64,000 bases of DNA from a phage: sequence record OZ413487.1. One strand, 5' to 3'. Made by a program: the position numbers and the translations under genes. Under the pieces are notes generated by a model that saw only the letters and a program-made list of their open reading frames with translations, was not told the origin of the DNA and did no database searches. Below are positions 47,935 to 57,519 of the stretch, in pieces; positions within the stretch are counted from its first letter, which is position 1, and each line of letters opens with the position of its first letter.

Positions 47935-48367
47935 TATGAATATCTTCAGCCTTTTCAGATTGTTTTGTATACTTTCTTACATTAACACGATCCTCTACAG
48001 GAATATCATACGGAAGATCTTGAACAAGCATTGCCTCACCAGGTGCTTTATCCACATCTAAAATATCTACACCGTTATACATTTGCGGGTATCTAAAGTC
48101 TGCACGCATGACACCAGCAAATACATCTGCCTTTCGATAATGTGTTGGCTTATTTTTGCATCGAACGTTTTTTCCACGAAGAACATCAATACTTTTTAAA
48201 TCAAACCCTACGGCAAAGAGTGCAGCTCGGAGACCGTTTCGTGTGCGAACGTTAAACCCGGGAACGGTAGATAGGAAATCCAAAGTAACTGAAATAAATG
48301 TCTTTTTAGGAATCATAACATTACTCATATCTGTCTCCATTTCTGGCTCACCAACAAAGTGAGCCAT
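47867..48367 (-). CDS. hypothetical protein
   Basis: ORF track; no confident motif. Confidence 0.4.
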   Translation of the reverse strand: MAHFVGEPEMETDMSNVMIPKKTFISVTLDFLSTVPGFNVRTRNGLRAALFAVGFDLKSIDVLRGKNVRCKNKPTHYRKADVFAGVMRADFRYPQMYNGVDILDVDKAPGEAMLVQDLPYDIPVEDRVNVRKYTKQSEKAEDIHIVDEPFNFEDLHRLEKLFGIES

Positions 48368-48426
48368 TATTATAGATTATCTAATACTATTAGTCAACAC
48401 AAAAGTTACCTATCGCTGTGATAGGA

Positions 48427-49410
48427 TTAACCTTTCACGAAGTGGTTATTAAGCAGTTGTCTGTGCTGAACCCACCCACAAAAGTTGGCAGACCAGAATT
48501 TACCATCACGGTCTTGATGGGTTACACCTTCCTGCCAAGTACTGATGTCTTGTGTGATTTCACATGAAGACAGGTAGTAGTTTAAACGTTCCATTGCGTT
48601 ATCGTGATCCATAGGTGTTGCCTGGTGCTCGTAAGGGCTTGCATGAATACGATCCCCACCAATCAATTTTTTAGCAACACTATCTGCCTTTTCAAACGTG
48701 CTGTCAATATTTCGATAAGATACTTGTGCACAGCAACTAGCACTGATAGACAGAGCTTCTTTAGTATCGAGAATGCAAAGCTTTCCTTCTGTGTCACGTA
48801 CAGCGTAGTTAAACTCTCCGTCCAAATAAACGTGCTCTACATATGGGGTGTGCCATTGACCCGGTTTAAGGATTTCAGGAGTGCTATTCTCAAGAGCCTC
48901 CCACATACAATTAGCTAACATCTGAATCGTAGGATCCGCATCGTGCCAGCAACGGAGGTGGAAAAAATTATTCCACTCGGTGCTTGTTACAACTGTTTTC
49001 ATGCGCTGGAACGGCTCCACTAAGCGGTTACATACTTGCTTATGGTAACCAGCAAGGGCGAACTTCTCTGCATGCCAAGCGGCGTTTTTTGCAGCTTCTT
49101 TCCAAAACTCTTCAGGAGTTAGCTCCATGTCAGTGTACTCTACACGGATCTTTTGATCGTGTTCCCCACCATCTTCCATTCCTCGCTTATTTACACCGAA
49201 GCGAACTGGCATTGCCGGATTCTCCACAATCTGTTGCAGCATCTTTCCGACAGGCACTGCACGGGAAGACATGGCGTTTCGGCTGAACACTCGGTGCGTC
49301 ATAAGCTCTGAGTGAATAATTCGAGGATACTCTAGCTCAAAAGTGGTGATGCGCTTACCTTTCTCGGAAATGCTGTCAGCAATGATCTTTGCAGTGCACA
49401 GTTTTAGCAT
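48427..49410 (-). CDS. thyX: putative flavin-dependent thymidylate synthase (ThyX-like)
   Basis: ELMTHRVFSRNAMSSRAV fits ThyX signature RHR-x7-S with first Arg replaced; within dNTP-synthesis cluster. Confidence 0.5.
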   Translation of the reverse strand: MLKLCTAKIIADSISEKGKRITTFELEYPRIIHSELMTHRVFSRNAMSSRAVPVGKMLQQIVENPAMPVRFGVNKRGMEDGGEHDQKIRVEYTDMELTPEEFWKEAAKNAAWHAEKFALAGYHKQVCNRLVEPFQRMKTVVTSTEWNNFFHLRCWHDADPTIQMLANCMWEALENSTPEILKPGQWHTPYVEHVYLDGEFNYAVRDTEGKLCILDTKEALSISASCCAQVSYRNIDSTFEKADSVAKKLIGGDRIHASPYEHQATPMDHDNAMERLNYYLSSCEITQDISTWQEGVTHQDRDGKFWSANFCGWVQHRQLLNNHFVKG

Positions 49411-49610
49411 TATTTAGCTCTCCTTGTTTTAATTTTGGAAATTTCGTCTGGGTTTATGTTGGCCTTAAATGCAAGGTATCTGTTGAACATATCGGAGCAC
49501 ATGTCTTGGGTGATCCTAGAGGCATACACTAGCTTACCTCCTAGATCATACACCTCTAGCCAGTCACCGTATCTGACTACAGGATCGCCACCTTTAGAAC
49601 ATCTGCCCAT
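49410..49610 (-). CDS. hypothetical protein
   Basis: ORF track. Confidence 0.35.
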   Translation of the reverse strand: MGRCSKGGDPVVRYGDWLEVYDLGGKLVYASRITQDMCSDMFNRYLAFKANINPDEISKIKTRRAK

Positions 49611-49611
49611 T

Positions 49612-50205
49612 TCAAATACCTTCTAAAAATTTTCCTATTTTATACCAGCTATTAGCGGTATAGTCAACACTGACCTTTAACTCCTCGAATTGCTCATAAG
49701 GCGTATCTTTTAGGATTTTAATAACTTCAGGTCGTGAAGCGAATTGGTTCAGGTATTCATGCCTGTCATCAATTATAACATCTACAGCCACATTTCCTTT
49801 GAAATGTGTGGCGTAGAATCCGTGGCCCTGGGTGTGATCGTCCAGATCCATAAAATCACTGGTCCAACGCTTTAAGAACCTTGATTTAGATGCAAGGTGA
49901 CCTTTCTTGCATACCGAGATAAATGCAAGCTTGTGACCACGAGCCACCAAATCTTTCATAACCTCAATAGCCCCCTCTTCAGGCTTAAGGAAGTCGTAGA
50001 GGGACGGATCACTCCAGAAATCAAAAGGTCCTATGATGTTTTCTTTGGGACGATCAGGCCAATACTTTGACAGATCGTAATACATTAGCCCATTAGAAGG
50101 TTTAGCTACTGTCTTACTGGCTGGACCATACAAACGCTCCAACCACTCCCACCATGCTGTTCCTGAATCTACCAGTGTCAGATCTACATCAATTCCGATT
50201 AACAT
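49612..50205 (-). CDS. HAD-superfamily phosphatase, putative 5'(3')-deoxyribonucleotidase
   Basis: N-terminal GIDVDLTLVDS (DxDxT/V) and later VDVIIDD. Confidence 0.5.
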   Translation of the reverse strand: MLIGIDVDLTLVDSGTAWWEWLERLYGPASKTVAKPSNGLMYYDLSKYWPDRPKENIIGPFDFWSDPSLYDFLKPEEGAIEVMKDLVARGHKLAFISVCKKGHLASKSRFLKRWTSDFMDLDDHTQGHGFYATHFKGNVAVDVIIDDRHEYLNQFASRPEVIKILKDTPYEQFEELKVSVDYTANSWYKIGKFLEGI

Positions 50206-50813
50206 TCTTCTTGGGCCTCTTTAGCATCAATATACTTGCACACAATCTCCGATGCACACTCCCAAGGTGCACCTTCAGGGTTTACAACATCAAACTCAAC
50301 CCCTTTTATTCCGTTCTTTTCCAGACTTAGATAGGTTCTGGAATCATTTCCCCAGTCATATCCTACACGGTGAATACGGAACAACAACAGATCTCCACCT
50401 GTGCTGTATGCGTACTCGCTAAGGCATGCCAGCTCCTCTTTGAATCCCCCATCGGAGTAAACAATAACCCCTTTACCTTCAGGGAAATCTTTCTTCAAAG
50501 ATGCGACTGCGGCTTTACCGAAAGCATCTTCACCAAAGATAGGTTTAATCAGATTTTCACTACAATGGATCATCCATTCTCGCGGAGAAACATGCTTGCC
50601 GTCTATCATTAAGAAAGGGCAAGGCTCTTCTTTGTAGTGACGGTCATAAAGTGCATTCCAGAGTTGAGGAGTTACACCAGCTGCCTTAATTGCCACACTG
50701 AAGAGCATTTCCTTAACCTCGCGGTGGTGTGAGTTAGGAATAGCTTCCAACAAGAGATCTGCAATGTGATCCTTACCACTGCTGGGTGGGGCGTTAAGAA
50801 CAATAATATCCAT
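50199..50813 (-). CDS. P-loop nucleotide kinase, putative dNMP kinase
   Basis: N-terminal LNAPPSSGKDHIADLL resembles T4 dNMP kinase P-loop. Confidence 0.5.
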   Translation of the reverse strand: MDIIVLNAPPSSGKDHIADLLLEAIPNSHHREVKEMLFSVAIKAAGVTPQLWNALYDRHYKEEPCPFLMIDGKHVSPREWMIHCSENLIKPIFGEDAFGKAAVASLKKDFPEGKGVIVYSDGGFKEELACLSEYAYSTGGDLLLFRIHRVGYDWGNDSRTYLSLEKNGIKGVEFDVVNPEGAPWECASEIVCKYIDAKEAQEEC

Positions 50814-51016
50814 TAAAAACCTCCGTGGTATTCTTCAACTGCATCAATAATACTTTTACACTTATCTACCAGCTCGTTAGCCACTACAGAATCGTCTTCC
50901 CAAACAGCCTCCTCAATCTGATCAAGCAATGATCGCATCTTACTCATCATTTCTGGGATAAAGTTTTCTGAAAAGTTGTCTGGAATTGTTAACTCTAGTG
51001 TCATTTCGGTCTCCAA
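50813..51016 (-). CDS. hypothetical acidic protein
   Basis: ORF track. Confidence 0.35.
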   Translation of the reverse strand: METEMTLELTIPDNFSENFIPEMMSKMRSLLDQIEEAVWEDDSVVANELVDKCKSIIDAVEEYHGGF

Positions 51017-51031
51017 TCATACTATGCGTTA

Positions 51032-51490
51032 TTAGAAGTTTGTTTTTACACGTCCCTTCTCATCAACCTCGTTGTTAGCTAAAAGCGTTACAAAGTCTGT
51101 GAAACGAACATGAAGAACCCTTTTCTTATCAAGGTATCCTAAAGCCACCCCTGAGAAATTTAGCATCAAAGGGGCTAAAGAAGCTCTGGCACTGAAATGC
51201 TGTTGTTCTACCCTTCCAACACCCTTAGTGTAGGATGGGTTAAGATTGTAAGTTCTGAATCCCAGTTTTGTTGGAGCTTTAGAATTAAAAACGACTTTAT
51301 AGCGTTTCTTACTCAACTTATGCTCCAGGATAAGCATTCCCTTATCACCTTTGATAAGTTGAAAATCTGTAAAGTGCTCTTTTAAGACGAAAGGTAGTGC
51401 CAGTCCCATCGCCTGTCCTCTTTGTACCGCTGTCTCACCAAAAGCTTTTGCATCAGTAAGTTCTTTGGTCAAGTCTATGCTTTTGATCAT
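51032..51490 (-). CDS. hypothetical protein
   Basis: ORF track. Confidence 0.4.
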   Translation of the reverse strand: MIKSIDLTKELTDAKAFGETAVQRGQAMGLALPFVLKEHFTDFQLIKGDKGMLILEHKLSKKRYKVVFNSKAPTKLGFRTYNLNPSYTKGVGRVEQQHFSARASLAPLMLNFSGVALGYLDKKRVLHVRFTDFVTLLANNEVDEKGRVKTNF

Positions 51491-52301
51491 ACCTGGTCTC
51501 CAAAATGTATTGTAGTTCTTTCTTACCTATACTCTTCATTCCAGCAGTCTTACCTGCTTCTTCTTGAAAAGAAGAATAGCATTCAGCAAACACTCTGTCA
51601 ACACCGTTAACTAAAGATTTTATGAAATATGTTGATTCTTCAGATTTTGGGTCATCATCCCCCAATACTTTTCCAGCATTATACCCAACACGTCTTACAC
51701 AGAAGTCGTAGTCATCTGGTGTGCTAAAAGAAAATAACTTATTCTCTCCAATCTCTACAGGATCCCTATTGCACGCCTTTTTCTCCCAAATTTGGAAAAC
51801 ACATGGCACGTCATAAGGTTTGCCATTAAGTAAAAACGAATTCTTAGGGCACCTTTCGCTGTAGACAAGGTGCATCGACATGTCCAGTTTGTTTGCAAAA
51901 AATATTTTTTCAAATGTCCGTGGCAAGATGAAGGCTATAGCCCCTCCAAGCTCTAGCAATGATGCACAATGGTTAAAGAATTTGCAAGCTAAGGATGAAT
52001 TCTTGCCAAATGGTGGGTTACCTATGAAGACATCTGCCTTGGGATGCACCTCCAAGAAGTTTGCCTGAATGCACGGTGTTGGTCCTTCAAATTCAGGATC
52101 TGGTACTAAATCGTACGACAGTATCTCTGAAAATAGTTTTGAAAAAGAACCCCTTCCAGCAGAAGGCTCAACGTATGCACAATTCCCATACTTATCTTTT
52201 ACTTTACCAACAAGATATTCTGCATACTCAGGGTTTGTGTAGTATTTGTCGTTGGACTCTTTCTTGCTCAAAGTGCCTCCAAAAGGAAAAGGGAGGCGCA
52301 A
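51453..52301 (-). CDS. N6-adenine DNA methyltransferase (motif I before motif IV)
   Basis: YYTNPEYAEYL, motif I VEPSAGRGSF, motif IV IGNPPFG. Confidence 0.75.
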   Translation of the reverse strand: MRLPFPFGGTLSKKESNDKYYTNPEYAEYLVGKVKDKYGNCAYVEPSAGRGSFSKLFSEILSYDLVPDPEFEGPTPCIQANFLEVHPKADVFIGNPPFGKNSSLACKFFNHCASLLELGGAIAFILPRTFEKIFFANKLDMSMHLVYSERCPKNSFLLNGKPYDVPCVFQIWEKKACNRDPVEIGENKLFSFSTPDDYDFCVRRVGYNAGKVLGDDDPKSEESTYFIKSLVNGVDRVFAECYSSFQEEAGKTAGMKSIGKKELQYILETRYDQKHRLDQRTY

Positions 52302-52316
52302 GCCTCCCTATAATTG

Positions 52317-53300
52317 TTAGATTATCTGAATCAGGGTATTTTTCATTTCTTCTCTGGTTCGGATGTTGTTACGGTCACGAACAACAGATCCACAACCTTC
52401 GCAGCGGTATGTTTTAAATGCACTCAGTTGAGTATACGCCAAAGCTTCTTCCTCGTGAAGGTGTTCTCCACCACAGCGTGGGCAACGAACTTTTGGCTCC
52501 TCATCCTGGTAGTACAATGACATGTTGGGGTGCTGCTTAGCAAACGGGCGAGCCAGCAAATACAGGCCTTCCAGAGATAGGATATCGCCAACATTGTACT
52601 CCCGCATCTGTTTAAACGCCTCAAGATCACCGTGAACACACTTGATCCACATTTCAAATGTGTGGTCAATCAGTTTCTGTCGGGCAAGTTGGAAGTATTT
52701 GCATGCATACTCCAAAGTGTTTGCATTCAAACGGAATGCCTTCTTGATCATTTTAAGGGTGTCAACCTCTTTGTAGGGGCTTGTTGGAGGCAATCCGTGA
52801 AATGCAAATCGTTGGTTGGCCCACCCACAGTCAAAACCTGAATTGTGGGCTACTGCGACATCACATTTATCCAGATAATACCACAAATCCTGAATCAATT
52901 CGAGATCATTGTGAATATCCTCATCCCACATTTTGTAATCAGGAAGAGCGCAGTCAACCACACTAGGACTGTCTAACCACTTACCTGCGAAAGTTAGCAT
53001 GTAGGGCATAATTTCAATACCACAGGTTTGAATGTTGGTCTTATAGTGCCCAAAGAACCAGCCGTTTGTTGGGGATGTCTCTGTATCATACACCCAAACT
53101 TTAGCACCTTTGTGCTCCTCAAGGAAGCGCTCCGTTGCCTCTCCTACAATCTCTGACATATTCTCTTGTGCACGTTTAAGCTGTAGTCGGATCCAGCTCT
53201 CACGTGACTCACGGCCTAAAAATTCACGAGCAATTTGTCTATTAGTGTATCCCTGTTGCTTTAGTGTTAAAATTTGCTCAAGAGTTAACTTTGTCATCAT
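52317..53300 (-). CDS. DnaQ-like 3'-5' exonuclease with N-terminal HTH and C-terminal zinc ribbon
   Basis: Exo I VYDTETS; Exo II VAHNSGFDCGW; C-terminal CPRCGG...CEGCG. Confidence 0.55.
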   Translation of the reverse strand: MMTKLTLEQILTLKQQGYTNRQIAREFLGRESRESWIRLQLKRAQENMSEIVGEATERFLEEHKGAKVWVYDTETSPTNGWFFGHYKTNIQTCGIEIMPYMLTFAGKWLDSPSVVDCALPDYKMWDEDIHNDLELIQDLWYYLDKCDVAVAHNSGFDCGWANQRFAFHGLPPTSPYKEVDTLKMIKKAFRLNANTLEYACKYFQLARQKLIDHTFEMWIKCVHGDLEAFKQMREYNVGDILSLEGLYLLARPFAKQHPNMSLYYQDEEPKVRCPRCGGEHLHEEEALAYTQLSAFKTYRCEGCGSVVRDRNNIRTREEMKNTLIQII

Positions 53301-53312
53301 CGTTAAGATTCC

Positions 53313-53534
53313 TTAGTAAAACTGAAGAATGTCTTTTAAAGCGAAGTCACGATATTCGCCCTTGTCTACATCGAAGGCACGCATCAACCACTGCTCTTCT
53401 TTATGATACTCTGTAGAGCCAAACCATAAATTAGGCTCAGTAACGCAGCGATCTGCAACAACACCTTTCCAGTTACGGTATTTCATCCTGATCAGGACTG
53501 AGTCGCAAGGATTGAATACCTTTTTCATCCCCAT
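53313..53534 (-). CDS. hypothetical protein
   Basis: ORF track. Confidence 0.35.
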   Translation of the reverse strand: MGMKKVFNPCDSVLIRMKYRNWKGVVADRCVTEPNLWFGSTEYHKEEQWLMRAFDVDKGEYRDFALKDILQFY

Positions 53535-54078
53535 AGAAATCTCTCTCCTCAGTTTTCTTTATAAACTCTTGCATGTAGGACTCAATAGCCTCATGCTTGG
53601 TGCACTCCGGATCAATGACAAGATTGAGATCTGATTCTGCTCGTGCAATAATCGTAGCTTTAGAGCATCTCCTCAAGAACTTTGTCATATCATCTCTGTA
53701 GTTTTTGTGGAGCGGGAAGTCGCTGTAGTCTTTCTCCAAATAGTCAGCCATCCGGCGCAACGCCTCTGATAAACTGCAATCTGTATACTCGTTACAGTAT
53801 TTCATCCAGTATTTAAGCACATACCCCTCAAAGGTATTAGTGCATTGAGACAAAACACCCCTGCAACGACCAGTCAGATGATCATGATCTAAACAAGGCT
53901 TACGAAGTGGCTCGCACAAGATCGGATCAAGACCATCCTGCTCCTCTGACAATTCTTTTCGAAAGTTGGCTATGTCCTTAGAATCTTTTAACCACCCGTT
54001 ATGAACTGGGGCTTTGACAGCTTTCTTTCTTATTTTACGCTTTGCGATAATCCCTCCAGATGAGCCCTGCCTATCCAA
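53473..54078 (-). CDS. endonuclease VII-like (His-Me finger) junction-resolving nuclease
   Basis: CLDHDHLTGRCRGVLSQCTNTFEG matches T4 endo VII LDHDHELNG...VRGLLCNLCNAAEG. Confidence 0.6.
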   Translation of the reverse strand: MDRQGSSGGIIAKRKIRKKAVKAPVHNGWLKDSKDIANFRKELSEEQDGLDPILCEPLRKPCLDHDHLTGRCRGVLSQCTNTFEGYVLKYWMKYCNEYTDCSLSEALRRMADYLEKDYSDFPLHKNYRDDMTKFLRRCSKATIIARAESDLNLVIDPECTKHEAIESYMQEFIKKTEERDFYGDEKGIQSLRLSPDQDEIP

Positions 54079-54659
54079 TAAGCATCTGCGAGATCGGCCT
54101 TACCTTGTACCAAATTGATCCCGTCTAGGAACCCAGGTTCAGATACTTCGCAGGCCTTAACCATCAACTTTTTATCCATTGTAACAGGTTTCTTCACAGT
54201 ATGCTCTTTACCTGTCTTTTTGTCAAGCTTTTTCTTCTCCTCAAAAGCAAGTTCTTCAGGAAGATGACTACGAGCAAACTTTTTGGCAGTTGTTGGTGTC
54301 ACTGTGTGGACCTTAAACAGGCCGTCATTTTCACAATCAGCTAAGGCATCCCAAAGCATAATTTCAAGACCGTAAAACAACCCAGCCAGTTCACGTGTGG
54401 CATCCCCGCGTGATCCAAAGGAAAGCCCTTCCATAACCACGGTGTCAACGTGATGCGTGTGGATATAATATCTGACCTGTTTGCAGATCCAGTCAATACG
54501 CTCAGCAGCTGTTGCAAAAGAAACCGTCCCTGGTTTCTTCTCTTTTGCAGATGAGCTTTGAGTTCGTAACACAACCTTATGAACAGGCTTTCCATCGTCC
54601 CATACAACGCAAGCTGTGTGTGTCAACGACTGGTCTATGGATAATAGACGCTCTCTCAT
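54030..54659 (-). CDS. RuvC-like Holliday junction resolvase
   Basis: N-terminal LSIDQSLTHTACVVWD, VVMEGLSF, C-terminal DLADAYWIGRAHL resemble RuvC catalytic motifs. Confidence 0.5.
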   Translation of the reverse strand: MRERLLSIDQSLTHTACVVWDDGKPVHKVVLRTQSSSAKEKKPGTVSFATAAERIDWICKQVRYYIHTHHVDTVVMEGLSFGSRGDATRELAGLFYGLEIMLWDALADCENDGLFKVHTVTPTTAKKFARSHLPEELAFEEKKKLDKKTGKEHTVKKPVTMDKKLMVKACEVSEPGFLDGINLVQGKADLADAYWIGRAHLEGLSQSVK

Positions 54660-54991
54660 ACTTCCTCATCCTCCTCTCCTTCATCAGGAGCATAAGCCTT
54701 ATCTTTGAACAAGACGAGAGAGCAAAGCTTAACATCTGTTTCCACACTGGTGAACATGCATAACCGCTCGCCCTCAATCAGTTCACAATCCTCTTTTAAA
54801 ACAGCAGACCATACACGGTCATCTGCGTAATCATCAGTGTACAGGATGTATGAAATGGTGTCATCTTCATACAACCGCCACATACCTGTGGCAACAACGA
54901 ATGTATTTTTTGTTTTAAGTGTCCCTGTTGTATGATCATCCTCAAAAACAGCTTCCATAATTGCACTATCTACAGAATTTTTAGTCATCAA
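54656..54991 (-). CDS. hypothetical acidic protein
   Basis: ORF track. Confidence 0.4.
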   Translation of the reverse strand: MMTKNSVDSAIMEAVFEDDHTTGTLKTKNTFVVATGMWRLYEDDTISYILYTDDYADDRVWSAVLKEDCELIEGERLCMFTSVETDVKLCSLVLFKDKAYAPDEGEEDEEV

Positions 54992-56127
54992 ATTGCTCCA
55001 ACATTTCTAAGAACGTTAACAAGTTTTGTTTGATCATTGAATGTTCGCTTCATATACAAACAGTCAAAAATTATACTCATCCATTGACCTACGGAAATTC
55101 TACGATCAACACCATTGAAGTCAGTATACTTAACAACACCTTTCGGGAACCACTTCTTGTACTGATCAATAATAGCCACCCACATCTCCTTTGGAGTGCT
55201 GCACTGAGACAGTAGGTAGAATGCTGAGGCATCTCCGAACTTACCCTTACCGATAAGTCCCTGATACGGCTTGATGTTGTCAGCAGAGTCACCACACAGC
55301 ATTTGGTATCCGAAGAACAGCATTCCGTAACCACCAACCTCTCCATTAGGCTTCATGAAGATGTTCCCCATACCGTTATCGATCAGCATAGGGGTTTCTC
55401 TTACAAAATCTCCCTTATCGTTTCGCATGGGATCGAACACAAGCCCCGGTAGTGTTCTTTGGTCCTTATCAATAGAGATAATAAACTTGTTGAACTTACC
55501 TGTTTTTTGGTAGTGGTTCCAACCTTCAAATTGCTGGATAGCTAACCAGTCGTCAGCCTCGATACCGTTGATCACTTGAGCATTATACTGCTTTTGGAGA
55601 TACTGTCTTGCATCTCCAAGCAGCAGTGGTCGAAGAGTATTGTTACGGTTGGCTTTATATCTTTCCGGCATGGGAAGATCTAGTCTGAAATTACCTGTGC
55701 CTCCAAGTACCCCCACGCACCGATCTTCCGGAATACCGAGATAATTAAGGACTGCATTAGCTTTACACTTAATTGTGTGCAAGCAGTTCTCTACAGGATC
55801 AGGGGTTTGGATATCCAAGACATCGAAATCTTCTCGTGTCCACGGAATAAACTCCTTGCCAGCCTTTTTACATGCAGCTTCACGGTTGGTATTCTCAGCT
55901 TTTAACCAACCACCAACGGTGTTCTTCTGCCGCCCCCAGAACTCTGTTCGTGTTTTAAACATCTTCTTACGTCCGGAGGCTTTGTGTGTTACCTCAATTG
56001 TCCTTTTTTCACAACTTGCTGCAGCTTGATATGCAACCTGATCGAAGTCATAATAAACTATAGCGTCAGGTTCAAGAAGATCAGCCAGACAATCTATGGA
56101 CTCAATAAGTGGATATTCTCTACTCAA
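54988..56127 (-). CDS. 5'-3' exonuclease / flap endonuclease (FEN family)
   Basis: VINGIEADDWLA and H3TH-like CGDSADNIKPYQGLIGKGKFGDA match T5 D15-type GVEADD / GDLGDNIRGVEGIGAKRG. Confidence 0.6.
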   Translation of the reverse strand: MSREYPLIESIDCLADLLEPDAIVYYDFDQVAYQAAASCEKRTIEVTHKASGRKKMFKTRTEFWGRQKNTVGGWLKAENTNREAACKKAGKEFIPWTREDFDVLDIQTPDPVENCLHTIKCKANAVLNYLGIPEDRCVGVLGGTGNFRLDLPMPERYKANRNNTLRPLLLGDARQYLQKQYNAQVINGIEADDWLAIQQFEGWNHYQKTGKFNKFIISIDKDQRTLPGLVFDPMRNDKGDFVRETPMLIDNGMGNIFMKPNGEVGGYGMLFFGYQMLCGDSADNIKPYQGLIGKGKFGDASAFYLLSQCSTPKEMWVAIIDQYKKWFPKGVVKYTDFNGVDRRISVGQWMSIIFDCLYMKRTFNDQTKLVNVLRNVGAI

Positions 56128-56428
56128 AGACCCTCCTGTTAGTTATTCTGCAAGATGGTTGGATGCTGTAATGGAAGGCATCATCACTCTCTGCAATAAG
56201 TGACTCAACATCCCAATACTTTTCAAAAAGGAACGGATTAGACCCCCAGTGGTGGGTTATTTTCATCAAGGAGTCTGGTATCATATAACCACAGATCTTA
56301 ATTACATCGCCAGGTTGAATTGTGTTTTCATGAAGGTTGCTTGCCTTCTTCAGAATCATACCTTTATGATTCTCGTTTGCATACAACTGGACAATATCTT
56401 TATCTTCAACAATAAAAATTTTAAGCAT
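56120..56428 (-). CDS. hypothetical protein
   Basis: ORF track. Confidence 0.4.
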   Translation of the reverse strand: MLKIFIVEDKDIVQLYANENHKGMILKKASNLHENTIQPGDVIKICGYMIPDSLMKITHHWGSNPFLFEKYWDVESLIAESDDAFHYSIQPSCRITNRRVFE

Positions 56429-56487
56429 ATCTAGTTCTCCTAGTTTATAGATATCTTACCGATAATATCAGATTAATAACACTTTTG

Positions 56488-56781
56488 TCAAGACTTTTTA
56501 GTCTTTCTTGGAGAGCTTTTTGTTGATCTTTTCCTTTTGTGGTAGATTCCAAGTGCAGCGTTTTCTTGGGCGCACGTTTTAACAGTTCTCAGACAAGAAC
56601 TTTCAGCTTTAGGCAGGTTTAACTCCCACCAACCAAGCCAGTAAAGTTCTGATTCAGACAACTGCTCAGATTCAGCCTTCCGATACAAGGCTTGCATACC
56701 TCTGATGATATCGTCCAGAGGTGTATCGAATACAAAAGCTGTCTTATCGAATTTCTCTTTTACAGGTTTCTTAGCCATCAA
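56488..56781 (-). CDS. hypothetical basic protein
   Basis: ORF track. Confidence 0.4.
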   Translation of the reverse strand: MMAKKPVKEKFDKTAFVFDTPLDDIIRGMQALYRKAESEQLSESELYWLGWWELNLPKAESSCLRTVKTCAQENAALGIYHKRKRSTKSSPRKTKKS

Positions 56782-57235
56782 GGTAACCCTCTATCCACGA
56801 AAAGTCAGTCTTCCACTCTGGAACTTTACTAAGCTCACGCCACTCTGCAAAGCAGTCTCGGTAATACTCCTCTGCCATACCTTTGGTGATCTTATTCACC
56901 TTAGCCAACTGATTAACTGCCTGAGCATACTTTCCACGGATATTTGCTAACCCAGGGTGCACCGATGTGTGACAATCCGGGCACAACGCTATCAGTCCGA
57001 CAAGCCGGATCACTCCCTCTTCGAAAGTGTAAAGTTCATGACACTCCACTGGGTGTTTGCTGCCTTTACCGCCGCACACCTCACAGGTGTAGTTGGCTTC
57101 TCTATAGCACTTCTTGCGGATCTTATCCCACTCACTCTTCTTTACAGCGTTTCGGAGGTTATTATACCAAGCTGTTTCTGGGATCAGTTGCACAATAAGC
57201 CTGCGTTCAGACTTCATTAAACGTCCGTCTTCCAC
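56771..57235 (-). CDS. hypothetical Cys/His-rich (zinc-binding) protein
   Basis: CEVCGG...H...CPDCH pattern. Confidence 0.4.
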   Translation of the reverse strand: MEDGRLMKSERRLIVQLIPETAWYNNLRNAVKKSEWDKIRKKCYREANYTCEVCGGKGSKHPVECHELYTFEEGVIRLVGLIALCPDCHTSVHPGLANIRGKYAQAVNQLAKVNKITKGMAEEYYRDCFAEWRELSKVPEWKTDFSWIEGYLDG

Positions 57236-57244
57236 GTATCCTCC

Positions 57245-57451
57245 TCATTCAAAGAAATGGGTACGAGGGCAGGAACCTGCCTCTCCTTGTTTCACAAGTT
57301 CGTAGAGCTCACCTTGGCTTGTCTCATAAAGGCAAATACGTTTACCATTGTCCCGATATACATCGACAAGATACGCTGTTTCACCTGCAAACACTACACC
57401 ACAGGCCAGACATGCCGCCATGAACAAAATTGCCAACAGAAAATCTTTCAT
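57245..57451 (-). CDS. putative secreted small lipoprotein
   Basis: Signal-like MKDFLLAILFMAACLAC; two Cys in short mature part. Confidence 0.4.
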   Translation of the reverse strand: MKDFLLAILFMAACLACGVVFAGETAYLVDVYRDNGKRICLYETSQGELYELVKQGEAGSCPRTHFFE

Positions 57452-57519
57452 GGTTAAACCCTCTCAAACATTTTATGAGGTGACAATACCACGTCCGTGT
57501 GGTTATGTCAATGATACTG

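Noticed and set aside
47867-48367. dUTPase or DHFR assignment for the 166-aa ORF in the nucleotide cluster
   Set aside because: An AVGFDL stretch loosely resembles dUTPase motif 1, but motifs 2-5 (RSG, GxxDxDYRG, GFGS) are absent and DHFR motifs are not present; left as hypothetical.
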